Of a stretch of DNA of 64,000 bases, positions 41,653 to 51,407 are shown piece by piece; position 1 is the first letter of the stretch, and the number at the start of each line of letters is the position of its first letter. A program made the translations under genes and the position numbers. This DNA comes from Chthoniobacteraceae bacterium (GTDB taxonomy: Bacteria; Verrucomicrobiota; Verrucomicrobiia; Chthoniobacterales; Chthoniobacteraceae), in assembly GCA_037190965.1 (NCBI GenBank), contig JBBCKI010000002.1, positions 32,001-96,000 on the forward strand, in the 5' to 3' direction. The notes beneath the pieces are model-generated. The model searched no databases. It saw only the letters and a program-made list of their open reading frames with translations, and was not told where the DNA came from.

Positions 41653-43890
41653 TTAATCGCCGGATTGGGTAATGCCTACCGGCAGCAATCCGCCGGGGGC
41701 CATCACTTCCGCGGTTTTCGGGGTCCGCTCGCCAAATGAAACAGGCGCGGTTTCAACTCGCCCGTCGCAAAGGCGGGCGTTCCAAAGCTTTGCCATGATC
41801 CACGGGAGGAATTGAAGGGCGGCGGAGGTGGAGTGGTCTGAGCGATTCAAGGGAGCAATCCGGTAGCTCTCAGCCCACGCATCCAGATAGCGCCGGTCGC
41901 CGGTTTCGATGGTCATGTAACCCATCAACCGGGCTATGTTATCCTGGTGCCACGCCGTTTGATCGGGGTAACGAACGATGGCCCCCTGCGGAGTGACGTA
42001 GACATCCTTTCCTGCGTAGTCCCACTGGTAAGGCCAGGCTTTGCCTTCAGGGTGATCCCAGCGCGAAACCAACATCCAGTCGGCAAATCGCTTTACCGTT
42101 TCCTTTAGCCGTTCCTCGTCGGGGAAGATCTCAAGGTAATCGACCATGCCATTGGTCGCCAGCATCCCCATCCAGGCCTTGGTGATATAGCCGCTCCATT
42201 GGTGAAGCCCTGCACCGCCACCCTGATCGCCAAAGCTCCCATTGGGGCGCTGCGATTGAGCAGCGCTCAGAGCGCCTTCCAGCGCAATGCGCCGGAAGAA
42301 GTCTTCGCCAAAATAGCGATAGAGAAGTACCGCGCCGCGTACATAGCAGATGTCCCGCCCCACGGTCATGCGAGGCCATGAGTTCTTGTTTTGCCAATGA
42401 GCGTTGGTAATGACGGCCTCAGCGGTATTGAAGAGATAGGGATCGCCGGTTTCGAGATAAGCCGCAATCGTCGCCAGCATCCTGTTCATTGGCAGGGAAA
42501 ACGCATTCGGTTCGAAACCGTGCATCTTCACCAGCTTCATGGCGTGATCGACCGCCGTGTCGGTAAAATTATAAGCCGCGCGGAGGGCATGATTGTAGAG
42601 TTCTCCATCACCGCTGCGCCATGCGCTCAGAAATGCCCCGTAAGCGATCTCGCCTTCCCAGCCCGGTTCATGAAAAATCTGCCCGTTCTCTTCCTTCCCG
42701 CTGGCAAGCTGGCGGGGAATGGCTCCATCTTCGAAACCGCCGCGCACAATGTTCTCCCGGATGAAGCTGTTCGCCTTCTCTACGGTCTCTTCATAAATAT
42801 TGCGGACGGGAAGAAGAGGCTCCGGCAGGAATTCTTCACAGAGGCCGTACCACCACGCGGGCGCAAGATACCGCACAATCCTGGGCGAACGCTCCGAAAG
42901 ACTAAGTGAGAACCGGAGCGTGCGAGCCATCCCGCGCGGGAAATGTTTGTCCGGAGAGCGGAAAATGAACGCATCGCCAGTACGATCTTCCGTGGCGATC
43001 CCCCCAAAGAGTTGAACACCCTCATAGGGTTGCAAAACCAGGAAACCTTGTTCCCGAGAAACATTGCCAGGGTGCTGCGGAGTTGCCAGGCGACAGACTT
43101 CGCTCAGGTCAAACGTCACGCCGTTAAGTTCGATACGACCGCAGCTTCCATCCCAGTTAACGGGCACTTCCGACAAGGCGTCGCCTTCTTCAACGGCTAA
43201 TCCAATGACCGGAACAACGTCCTCAAATGCCGCGCCGTCATCGACAAACTTGTTGTTGATATGGTGTGCATAGATTTCGCATACCCCATTGGCAAAGAAA
43301 CGCGCGAAAATCTGGCCGCTCAACCAATTGTGGCTGTGGAGGTATGGGTTCTTATAGCCCCGGTACTGCTTCAACTCTTCCTGGGTCATCCGCTTGCGCG
43401 GAATGCTGCCGCCCATCTCCACGACCACGCATTCCTCGCTCTGCTCCAGGACGACCAGTCGACAGGCCTCCCACCAGAGAACTTGCCCGCCAGTGCGAAG
43501 GCCCAGCGCGATCCCCGTCGAGCGGCCTCCGTATCGAAGGCGCAGGAGATGACTTTCCCAAAGGAAATTTTCGTCCGGGCTTTTGTCAAAAAGCTCAGCG
43601 GAAGCTTCCGGAAGCAATCGCGGTGTGGACCTTGTCGCCGGTACGCCAAGCCGCAAACTTTCCAAAGCGGGCCCATTCCCGTCCCCAAACATCAGCAAGC
43701 GGCGCGGTGAAGAGCAGCCCGGCCAACGTCCCAATGGCAAGATCGCCGTCGGCGCGCCTCCCAGGCTCAATGGTTGCACCGGATCACGAGGCCATGGGAG
43801 CGAAGTCACCCAAAGACCGGCTTCCGTTTCTTCGCCAACCCGGCTGAGCCGGAGCTGGGAGAGGTACTCCATTGGGGAAGTCGCCTTCAT
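41653..43890 (-). CDS. Large hypothetical protein (~745 aa), possibly with an alpha/alpha-toroid C-terminal half
   Basis: Long ORF and last gene of the cassette; YLETGDPYL, GSFGDQGG, TGDRRYLDA repeats typical of alpha/alpha barrels. No signal peptide. Confidence 0.65.
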   Translation of the reverse strand: MKATSPMEYLSQLRLSRVGEETEAGLWVTSLPWPRDPVQPLSLGGAPTAILPLGRWPGCSSPRRLLMFGDGNGPALESLRLGVPATRSTPRLLPEASAELFDKSPDENFLWESHLLRLRYGGRSTGIALGLRTGGQVLWWEACRLVVLEQSEECVVVEMGGSIPRKRMTQEELKQYRGYKNPYLHSHNWLSGQIFARFFANGVCEIYAHHINNKFVDDGAAFEDVVPVIGLAVEEGDALSEVPVNWDGSCGRIELNGVTFDLSEVCRLATPQHPGNVSREQGFLVLQPYEGVQLFGGIATEDRTGDAFIFRSPDKHFPRGMARTLRFSLSLSERSPRIVRYLAPAWWYGLCEEFLPEPLLPVRNIYEETVEKANSFIRENIVRGGFEDGAIPRQLASGKEENGQIFHEPGWEGEIAYGAFLSAWRSGDGELYNHALRAAYNFTDTAVDHAMKLVKMHGFEPNAFSLPMNRMLATIAAYLETGDPYLFNTAEAVITNAHWQNKNSWPRMTVGRDICYVRGAVLLYRYFGEDFFRRIALEGALSAAQSQRPNGSFGDQGGGAGLHQWSGYITKAWMGMLATNGMVDYLEIFPDEERLKETVKRFADWMLVSRWDHPEGKAWPYQWDYAGKDVYVTPQGAIVRYPDQTAWHQDNIARLMGYMTIETGDRRYLDAWAESYRIAPLNRSDHSTSAALQFLPWIMAKLWNARLCDGRVETAPVSFGERTPKTAEVMAPGGLLPVGITQSGD

Positions 43891-43910
43891 GTCTATTCGG
43901 AAGAAAATCT

Positions 43911-45926
43911 CTATTTGGTGTGGCTTTGGTCGACTTCGGAGGTTGGCCGCCACCCGGCCCATGATTCAACCCGGCGCAGGAGCGTCATGTTTGCAGTGGC
44001 GAACATCTCTTGATGCTCTTCGCGGAATTTATCCACGGCTTTCTTCGCATCAAGGACGTTGTTCCTGAGGTCCACGTTGCGCGGATCGCTCTTGGAAGCA
44101 TGATGAGCCGAAAGCGCCTGCATGCAAAGTTCCGCGTGCGTTAGCCATTGCGAGAGAACCTCCACGCGTTTTGCCGTGGCAGGAGAAGCTTTCGCAACTT
44201 CTTTGGCGGCATTCAGCAGCGCGCGCCCTTCGGCAAACGTCTCGGGAGTGAAAATTTTGTCTCCCGATGTGCCGACGATACTCCAGCCACCTTGATTGTT
44301 TTTGATGAACTCGGCATCGCGGCGCAGCGTGATCTTCTCCCAATACTCGAAGTAATTGCGGATCTCATCCTTGGCCGGCTGAAAGGCTGAGTAATACTCC
44401 TCAAGAACGGCATCGACGCTGGCGTCCGGCCTGGCATGGAGACGCGCCAGCATATAGACATTGGGCCCCTGGGTTCCCCACATGCTCGTGAGGGAATCGA
44501 AATCCGTGGCAATCATCCCATTCTTGCGGGCGTACCGGAACTCTTCCCCAAACTCACGGGCAAAGATGTAGGGCATGCAGTAGCCAACCAGGAAATAATT
44601 GGGCCGCAGGAAAAGGCGCGCGCCGGTGCTTGCCCAGCCATCCCACTGCTTGCGGAAGGCGAGCCGATCGCTCTTGTCGAACGGGAAGGTGTAAGGAGGA
44701 ACAATGCCAACGACGATATTGCGGTTCAGCTTGATTCCCGTTGGCGGCTTCGCATACGCCGCATAGGCATACCCGATCACCGTGGCTTCGGGGTCGTGCT
44801 TACGGCCCAATTCCTGAAGGCTCAACCAATAGCGGGCATAGCGATTGGAAAGCGAAGTGCCAGGCGTTTTTTCTCCGACGCTTTTGTCGGCGGTTGCTTT
44901 CTCGCTCTTTTCCGCATCAATCAGCCAGGTGTCTTCACCCTCGGCGCTTCCCTCCGCGTCCCCATCCCACGCCACGCAGGCAGGGCAGGTACAAAAGGGA
45001 TCAACAAGCCTGCGGTCATTCTCGACGCCGTTGATCCACGGTTTTGAGGGATCTTCGGCACGCTGCTTCAACCAGTTTTCAATCACCCGGTTTTGCAGGC
45101 CCGGGTTGGAAACGCACATTTGGACAAGATTCGTGCGTTCATCCACCGGGGCGCGCTGTCCATCGGGGCGAAGTGCAAAGTACTCCGGATGCTCCTTGCC
45201 ATAGAGCTCCCAGTACTTGGCGTAGCCGTGCCCGTACTCAAAGCTCATCCCGCGAGCGAAGCGCTGGCGGCGCAACCAGGTGTTGTTTTCGCGCATATAG
45301 CGTTCGAAAACATCCAGCCTGGTCTCCGGGCGCCCGGTACCGATGCGCAGGCGGGCGTGGATCAAAGAAGGTTCCATGGTCTTTTCGCCCACGGAGCCGG
45401 TGAGTTTCTTTTTGGAATCAATGACGATGCCGTCGTCGCCCGGCCAGATCCAACGCACGTTCAACCGCTCCTCCAGCCAGTCATAGACGGCGAAGAGCGA
45501 CCCCATCCCGTCTGCGTCGTCGCGGGGTAGGATATTGGTCCCATTGCCGTCGTTGCCGATCAGGAAGAGGGCTTTCTCCGTGCTCAAGACGCGGGATGCA
45601 TTCTTGGGAAGAGCTTTAGGGTTGAGCCCTGCCTCCTCCGCCTTCTTTACCGGTCCAATGTAGATCGGGTTTTTTTCGGAAGGGATTTCAGATTCCTTCG
45701 TGATCTCCAAACGGACGCCGGTCGCCAGTTCAACATGGGTTTGCAGTTCCTTGGCTGCATATTGCACGACCGGCGAAGCCGACTCGGGCACGGCGATGAC
45801 AGCAAGGGCCTTGCCTTTGCGGACAATGTCGATGCCCGCTTCTCCTGCTGCATGAGATCCTTGTGCGCTCAACAGGAGAAGGGATGCTGCAAATGCTGCC
45901 GTAGAATGGGTATTGAAAAGGTTCAT
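43911..45926 (-). CDS. DUF4838-family exported protein (putative glycoside hydrolase)
   Basis: Signal peptide; YAAKELQTHV, FAVYDWLE, HPEYFAL, MCVSNP, FCTCPAC, LSNRY. Confidence 0.75.
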   Translation of the reverse strand: MNLFNTHSTAAFAASLLLLSAQGSHAAGEAGIDIVRKGKALAVIAVPESASPVVQYAAKELQTHVELATGVRLEITKESEIPSEKNPIYIGPVKKAEEAGLNPKALPKNASRVLSTEKALFLIGNDGNGTNILPRDDADGMGSLFAVYDWLEERLNVRWIWPGDDGIVIDSKKKLTGSVGEKTMEPSLIHARLRIGTGRPETRLDVFERYMRENNTWLRRQRFARGMSFEYGHGYAKYWELYGKEHPEYFALRPDGQRAPVDERTNLVQMCVSNPGLQNRVIENWLKQRAEDPSKPWINGVENDRRLVDPFCTCPACVAWDGDAEGSAEGEDTWLIDAEKSEKATADKSVGEKTPGTSLSNRYARYWLSLQELGRKHDPEATVIGYAYAAYAKPPTGIKLNRNIVVGIVPPYTFPFDKSDRLAFRKQWDGWASTGARLFLRPNYFLVGYCMPYIFAREFGEEFRYARKNGMIATDFDSLTSMWGTQGPNVYMLARLHARPDASVDAVLEEYYSAFQPAKDEIRNYFEYWEKITLRRDAEFIKNNQGGWSIVGTSGDKIFTPETFAEGRALLNAAKEVAKASPATAKRVEVLSQWLTHAELCMQALSAHHASKSDPRNVDLRNNVLDAKKAVDKFREEHQEMFATANMTLLRRVESWAGWRPTSEVDQSHTK

Positions 45927-46604
45927 CTAGTTAAGCGACGGTGCAGTAAAGGTTTCCACCAATTCAATCGACAGGTTGTCGAGGCCGGTTTCGAAATCGA
46001 TTCCCCCGCCGAAGAAATTAAACTCGTTAATGCCGTTCATGTTGGGAGGCAGGGCATAGAGGCCGGCATTGCGGCCATTGAGATAAGCCTGAAGCTGGTA
46101 GGTTTCAAAATTGAAGTGAAGCTCGACGTGGTTCCAGTCGTCGGCATAGAAGCTGACTTTTGAATCGACGGGTCGCGGCGACTCATGGTTCGCGACCCGC
46201 AGGGTTCCTCGGTCAAAACGAATCGAGGTTCCGCCGGTGCGTTCATAGTCAAAGATGAATTGCCCGGGGATCGTGGCCTTGCCGGGGCGGATATCCAGTT
46301 TGACGACAACCTTGGAGCCAACCGTCGCCGGGAACCGCTTGAGAATGCGGCTTTGGCTGGCGGGTTCGAAACCTTCATGCCATGCGACCCAGCGATTGCC
46401 CGTGGCAGGGTCAACTTTGATGGAGACCCTGCCCGTCATGTTGGTATACGGCCTTCCCTGTTCCCTGCCCTGGGCTTGCCAGCCATGCTGGCCAAGCAGG
46501 TCGCCTTCCGTATAGTTTTGAAACCCCTTTTCGTCGAGTTGTGCATGGATGAACGGGGAGTTTGCAATCAGGGTGGCAAGCACCAAGCCGGTGAGTCTCA
46601 TCAT
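45927..46604 (-). CDS. Exported beta-rich hypothetical protein (lectin-like fold possible)
   Basis: Signal peptide; GDLLGQHGW, WNHVEL, LDNLSI. Confidence 0.65.
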   Translation of the reverse strand: MMRLTGLVLATLIANSPFIHAQLDEKGFQNYTEGDLLGQHGWQAQGREQGRPYTNMTGRVSIKVDPATGNRWVAWHEGFEPASQSRILKRFPATVGSKVVVKLDIRPGKATIPGQFIFDYERTGGTSIRFDRGTLRVANHESPRPVDSKVSFYADDWNHVELHFNFETYQLQAYLNGRNAGLYALPPNMNGINEFNFFGGGIDFETGLDNLSIELVETFTAPSLN

Positions 46605-46609
46605 GGGGA

Positions 46610-47908
46610 TCAGATCGAAGACGGAAGAGACTGGTTGTTCTTCAAGTTCTTGTCCTTGCGCCCCCGGAGGACCAATAACCCAAAGGCCGAGAGACCGGCA
46701 ATGGCGATGCCGAGGGTGGAAGGCTCAGGAACGAGTTGAACCTGCAGGTTATTTCCATTGATGAGCCAGCCCCCCGTCCCGAAGCTGGTATCGAGGGCAT
46801 AGATGTCACTGGTCAGTTGAAGCTGACTGTAGTCGATCGTCGTGCTTGCAAAGTTTAGCAACGTATAGACCGTGCCGGTGGTGCCGCCCGTCAATACGAA
46901 GTTGATCGTCGAGCCATCGGTATTGGTCAGGGCGTTGGTGATGGTCAATGGCGAGCCACCCAGCGCCAGATCAAACGTAACACCGCCAGCCGCATTAAGG
47001 TTATTCAGGGTGATCCTGGCATTCCCCTTCTGCGCGAAAGTGACGTTTCCGCCCAGCGAAATGGAGCTATTCTGGAAGAGAACATTGCTCTCGGCGATGA
47101 CCTTTGCTCCTGCGCCGAGGCTGGCGGCTCCATTGAAGGTCAATGCGCCATTGTTGGTGGTATCTCCGAAAGTTGCTGTGGCAGCGGCGTTGACCTTGAC
47201 GGCGTTGTTCATGACCTTCTGGGTGCTGGAGGCTGACATCACCTTGCCGCCCGCCATGGTCAATGTCCCTGAACCCAGCACCGTTGGCGAGCCGGTTGCA
47301 AGTTGCACGGTGCCTGAAGAGACGGTGACTCCGCCTGAAAAAGTATTGTTGCCGTTCAGGGCAACGAGCCCGGTGGCATTGAAATTCAGACCGCCTGTTC
47401 CCGATATGATGGTCGAGAGGGAGAGTTGGCCGGTTCCTGTTCCCGTGACGGTTAGATTATTCTGAAGAGTAATCCCGCCGACTCCAACGGTGCCAGTGCC
47501 GTTGATGTTAACAGATGCGCCGCTGTTCTGGACGATGGCTGGGCCAGTGCTTCCGCTGGCCACAAAGTTGAGTGGGGCGGCTCCGGAGGCGACCGTCAAA
47601 GTGACTGCCGCGGTGCCTGTTCCCGTTCCGAAATTAAGCTGATTGATGGAAAGGGCTGCAGTGACGTTGTCTGAGGAGGTGATGGCCGTTGAGCGGCTGT
47701 CGATTTGTACGACGAGATCCGTGCCGGTGTAGCCGCTGATGGGAAAGGAGTTGTTGGGTGACCAGTTCGTAATGGTTGCCCAATTGTTGGAACTCGCACC
47801 TGTCCAGGTGTACGTGGCGGCCCTGGCCGATGGCGACAGGAGATGCAGGCCCGCGAAGGCGATCAGCGCGAGGATCGGTTGAGTTTTCAGGATTGTTTTG
47901 GTTTTCAT
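46610..47908 (-). CDS. PEP-CTERM protein with autotransporter-associated beta-strand repeat
   Basis: Signal peptide, WTGASSNNWATITNW, LNGNNTFSGGVTVSSGTV repeat, VPEPST-TM-RGRK. Confidence 0.88.
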   Translation of the reverse strand: MKTKTILKTQPILALIAFAGLHLLSPSARAATYTWTGASSNNWATITNWSPNNSFPISGYTGTDLVVQIDSRSTAITSSDNVTAALSINQLNFGTGTGTAAVTLTVASGAAPLNFVASGSTGPAIVQNSGASVNINGTGTVGVGGITLQNNLTVTGTGTGQLSLSTIISGTGGLNFNATGLVALNGNNTFSGGVTVSSGTVQLATGSPTVLGSGTLTMAGGKVMSASSTQKVMNNAVKVNAAATATFGDTTNNGALTFNGAASLGAGAKVIAESNVLFQNSSISLGGNVTFAQKGNARITLNNLNAAGGVTFDLALGGSPLTITNALTNTDGSTINFVLTGGTTGTVYTLLNFASTTIDYSQLQLTSDIYALDTSFGTGGWLINGNNLQVQLVPEPSTLGIAIAGLSAFGLLVLRGRKDKNLKNNQSLPSSI

Positions 47909-47962
47909 GGGGTTTGCCTCTCTTGTTTTGGGGGTGTGGGTCTTCACGGCGCTGCCGGGGAC

Positions 47963-48691
47963 TCAGTTGATGAAATTGGCGGATAAGATGCTCGTCTCCT
48001 TGGGACCGGAGGAGACGTGGCCATCAGCCCAGAGGATGTTCATCTGGTTGGAGTGGCGGTCTTCCAAAGCCTCCCATCCGTTATCCTTTTTTAAGAGTCC
48101 AAGACGCCAGGCGGTATCCGGCGTTTCGCCTGTGGCGGAATCCGTCATCAGAAAAACTTCGGACGGACGTGAAAGCTCCAGGTGCGATTTCGGCTTGGCG
48201 ACACCGTTTTGCACCAAGACGTTGTAGTTCACGACGTAAGGGTAGCCATACGGGCTCTTGATACTCGGGCGATTGGAGTCTGGGTATCCGTTGCGCGGGC
48301 AAACGACGAGCTTGTTCAAGGCCTCCAGGGAGCCGACGTAAGGGACCAGGCCGCCATCGACGGGAACCGAGGGGGTATACCAGAGCCCATACCACCCGAT
48401 AACTTGCTTCATGGTCGCCGCGCCGTTGGCAGGTGGGTAGGTATTGTTGCAATCGTTGCGATAGAGTTGAATGGCAGCGCCGATCTGGCGAAGATTCGAG
48501 ACACACTTGGCGCGCCTCACCGACTCAATGCTCTTTTGCGCGGCGGGAAAAAGCAGGGATGCGACGACGCCAATGATCGCGACGACGATCAACAGCTCAA
48601 TCATCGTGAAAGCGCGAGGCCGCCGCAATGACGCCCCCAGGAAACCACCGCTTTGGCTGGGATTTTGACGTGTCGCTTTCATGGTTTGCAT
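47963..48691 (-). CDS. Prepilin-type N-terminal cleavage/methylation protein with H-X9-DG domain (DUF1559-like)
   Basis: RAFTMIELLIVVAII, CVSNLRQIG, RHSNQMNILWADGHV. Confidence 0.9.
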   Translation of the reverse strand: MQTMKATRQNPSQSGGFLGASLRRPRAFTMIELLIVVAIIGVVASLLFPAAQKSIESVRRAKCVSNLRQIGAAIQLYRNDCNNTYPPANGAATMKQVIGWYGLWYTPSVPVDGGLVPYVGSLEALNKLVVCPRNGYPDSNRPSIKSPYGYPYVVNYNVLVQNGVAKPKSHLELSRPSEVFLMTDSATGETPDTAWRLGLLKKDNGWEALEDRHSNQMNILWADGHVSSGPKETSILSANFIN

Positions 48692-48757
48692 AAAGATCGA
48701 CCGAAGCGTTGCTTCTTCCCAGCACGGTCGGAAATAGGACCGCTTCTGTCGATAGTC

Positions 48758-48797
48758 GGGGGTTACAGGATTGGTTTGAACTGTTTCATATTTCAGG
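48758..48797 (-). promoter_or_regulatory. Putative AraC-family operator upstream of the prepilin operon
   Basis: GGGGGTTACAGGATT-N10-GTTTCATATTTCAGG, matching 50392-50431 in both 15-nt blocks. Confidence 0.65.
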
Positions 48798-48825
48798 CGC
48801 GGGCAGGCGGGATCAGCGCGCTTCG

Positions 48826-50352
48826 CTATTCAAGAACCTGCCTGTCGGCCAGAAGGATGGCTTTCAACTGCTCATAGGGAACGCGCTGGACCGGGCAGGC
48901 TCCTTCGATGGCGAGGTGTGCCGCCGTCGCCGCCGATTGGGCGAGCGCCATGAAGACCGGCTCCATGCGGATCGATCCGAAGGCGATGTGCGACGCCGAG
49001 AGGCAGAACGGCACCAGCAGGTTGGCGCACTCCTGCTCTTTCGGCACGATGGATCGATAAGAAATCGGGTAAGGCGGGAAACCGGCGATCTCCACATTCC
49101 CCTCGTTGAAGGCGCGTCCATTGAGAACGACTCTTCGGCAGTTGTGGGAGTCCATCGTGTAGGCGGCCATCGCGACGGAATCTTGGGCCCTTCGTCCTCC
49201 CAGGCAGTTGGCTTCGGTCATGACATAGTCCGATATCATCCTGCGGGACTCGCGAATGTAAAGCTCATGGGGCCAATGACTTGTGGCGAGGAATTCATCT
49301 TTCGGCAGTCCCCATTCCGCCATTTCCTTCCGGACGGCAACGGGAACCTGATCATCATGCGAAAGAAACCAGAGAAGCCCTTGCGTATAGTTCACGTGGT
49401 CCTGAAAGATCGCCTCGCGGGTTGCGTAGTCGGCGTCCGGCCACGCGTAGTTGGCACCGATGTGGTCCGAGGAAAAACCGCCGAAATTGTTCGTGTCGGT
49501 CTTTCCGTTTGGCATGTGGGTGGTGAGGTAAAGCACGTCCCAGATTCCCGTCGCCAGATAGCGGGCAAGAAGGGTGTAGCGTTCCGGGTCGTAGCCCTGC
49601 GGTTGCGGGAACGGGGCCTTGATGTCGTCCCGTTTGGTCAGGCAGAGGCGGAAGTTGTAAGCCTGCACGCTGCGATCTCCCTGGCCGGGTGTGCCGAGCG
49701 GTTCGCTGCTGATCCCCTTGACCAGCCCACTGCGGGGATCGCCGGCAATCCGGTACGGGTCCACAAACTGCATGAAGTTGTGGTGGGGCGAGTGAAAGTG
49801 AACGCCGTTGTAAATTTCGCCATAGGTGGCATTGGACTCGCGGCCGACGTGGTAAGAAACGCCAGCGGCTGCCAGGAGGTCGCCATCGTAACCGGCGTCG
49901 ATGAAGACCTTCGCCCGGTAGCGGGTGCCATCGTCCATGGCAATCTCGCGGATCTCATTTCCCACTTTGGAAACGGAAGCGAGCCGTTGGTTGTAGTAGA
50001 CCGGCACATCGTGGCACCGGAGTTGACGGAGGAACTCCCCTTCGGCCACGTGCGGCTCAAAGGTCCAGCTTTCGTCGGTTCCGTAATGTTGCCCCAGGGA
50101 GCGGTAAAAGCTGCGAGCCAAGCCGCCGATGACGCGTTTGTTCCCGATGTCGGTAGCTCCAAGGCCGGATGCAGTGATCCCGCCCACGCGATCTCCAAAT
50201 GCCAGTAGCGCAACCTTCAGGCCATGTTTGCGGGCTTGAACGGCAGCCATTACTCCGCCCGAGGTCGCCCCATAGATACAAACATCGGTCTCGATCAAAC
50301 GAGGTGCCTCCGAGGGTGGGGTTGCAGGGGTGAAATAGGCAGGCCGATTCAT
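48826..50352 (-). CDS. FAD-dependent oxidoreductase (FAD_oxidored family)
   Basis: DVCIYGATSGG, DAGYDGDL, LYIRESRR, MDSHN, SASHIAFGSIRMEPVFM. Confidence 0.88.
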   Translation of the reverse strand: MNRPAYFTPATPPSEAPRLIETDVCIYGATSGGVMAAVQARKHGLKVALLAFGDRVGGITASGLGATDIGNKRVIGGLARSFYRSLGQHYGTDESWTFEPHVAEGEFLRQLRCHDVPVYYNQRLASVSKVGNEIREIAMDDGTRYRAKVFIDAGYDGDLLAAAGVSYHVGRESNATYGEIYNGVHFHSPHHNFMQFVDPYRIAGDPRSGLVKGISSEPLGTPGQGDRSVQAYNFRLCLTKRDDIKAPFPQPQGYDPERYTLLARYLATGIWDVLYLTTHMPNGKTDTNNFGGFSSDHIGANYAWPDADYATREAIFQDHVNYTQGLLWFLSHDDQVPVAVRKEMAEWGLPKDEFLATSHWPHELYIRESRRMISDYVMTEANCLGGRRAQDSVAMAAYTMDSHNCRRVVLNGRAFNEGNVEIAGFPPYPISYRSIVPKEQECANLLVPFCLSASHIAFGSIRMEPVFMALAQSAATAAHLAIEGACPVQRVPYEQLKAILLADRQVLE

Positions 50353-50358
50353 GCCCTC

Positions 50359-50431
50359 AGGCTAGGACGAACCGCGAGGGTTTCAATCATTGGGGGTTTC
50401 AGAATTCAGTTGTCTCGTTTCATATTCCGGG
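50359..50431 (-). promoter_or_regulatory. Promoter (TTGAAA-N16-TAGCCT) with adjacent putative AraC operator
   Basis: -10 at 50364-50359, 6 nt before the ATG; -35 at 50386-50381; operator GGGGGTTTCAGAATT-N10-GTTTCATATTCCGGG at 50392-50431. Confidence 0.65.
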
Positions 50432-50501
50432 CCCCTCCAACCGAGTTTTCTCTGATAAAGCGAGAGATTGCAGTTTCGTGGGGATATTATAGAATTCGGG
50501 A

Positions 50502-51407
50502 ATGCCCGCTTCCAAACAGGATCCACCCCAAACGCTGGCATGGTTGGATTGGACGCATCTGCAGTGCGACTTGATCTGGATCTATGATGGTCCCGTGCGG
50601 ATGGATCACCTCTTCCTGAAGGAGTTCATGCCGGGACAATCCGCGCTCCTGATTCGAGAAGGCGATGTCGAGGTTTCCACCGAGCGCGGAACAACTTCCG
50701 CCAAAGCCGGGGAATGGATCTTCCTCAACGAGGGAAGCCGTATGCAGAAGTTCTCGCCTCACTCGCAGATCCTTTCCATCCGGTTTCATTGCACGTGGCC
50801 GGGACGTCGTCCGCTCTTCGATTGGGATGTCGCCGTCGTGGTTCCTTCGGCGGATATGCCGGAGTTGGAGGAGTGTGCCAAGGAACTGGAGCAACTGGTG
50901 GTGGAGATGTTTCCCACCGCCCGGCTGGAGCTAAAAAATGCGTTAAGCGGGATCGGCAACTACCTGGAAGTGCAGCGCCTCTATATGCGCTGGGTTCAGA
51001 TCTATGCGGAAACACTCTTCGCCAAAGGTTGCTGCCTCTCTCTTTTTGAGGTGGTTGATCCACGCATCCTCCGCGCCATTCAGTTGATGGATCATCACTC
51101 GCTTGAGCAACCATTTCGGGAAGCAAATCTCGCCCGGCAGGTCAATTTGAGCACGAGCCGACTCGGGAAGCTGTTTATCCGGCAATATGGAATTTCGCCA
51201 TGCCGCTATTTTGAGCGGAGGCGGTTTGAAGAAGCCATCGTGCGGGTAAGAACCACGACAGCCCCGTTGAAGGCGATTGCCCAGGAGCTTGGGTTTAGTT
51301 CGCTGCCGCACTTTTCATCCTGGTTCCGGCGAAAGGCACGAATTTCCCCAAACGATCTGCGAAAGAAGATTCTATCGCCTGCAACAACTACGGAATCGTC
51401 AGATTGA
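50502..51407 (+). CDS. AraC-family transcriptional regulator
   Basis: LARQVNLSTSRLGKLF, IAQELGFSSLPHFSSWFR...ISP; divergent from the cassette. Confidence 0.92.
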   Translation: MPASKQDPPQTLAWLDWTHLQCDLIWIYDGPVRMDHLFLKEFMPGQSALLIREGDVEVSTERGTTSAKAGEWIFLNEGSRMQKFSPHSQILSIRFHCTWPGRRPLFDWDVAVVVPSADMPELEECAKELEQLVVEMFPTARLELKNALSGIGNYLEVQRLYMRWVQIYAETLFAKGCCLSLFEVVDPRILRAIQLMDHHSLEQPFREANLARQVNLSTSRLGKLFIRQYGISPCRYFERRRFEEAIVRVRTTTAPLKAIAQELGFSSLPHFSSWFRRKARISPNDLRKKILSPATTTESSD

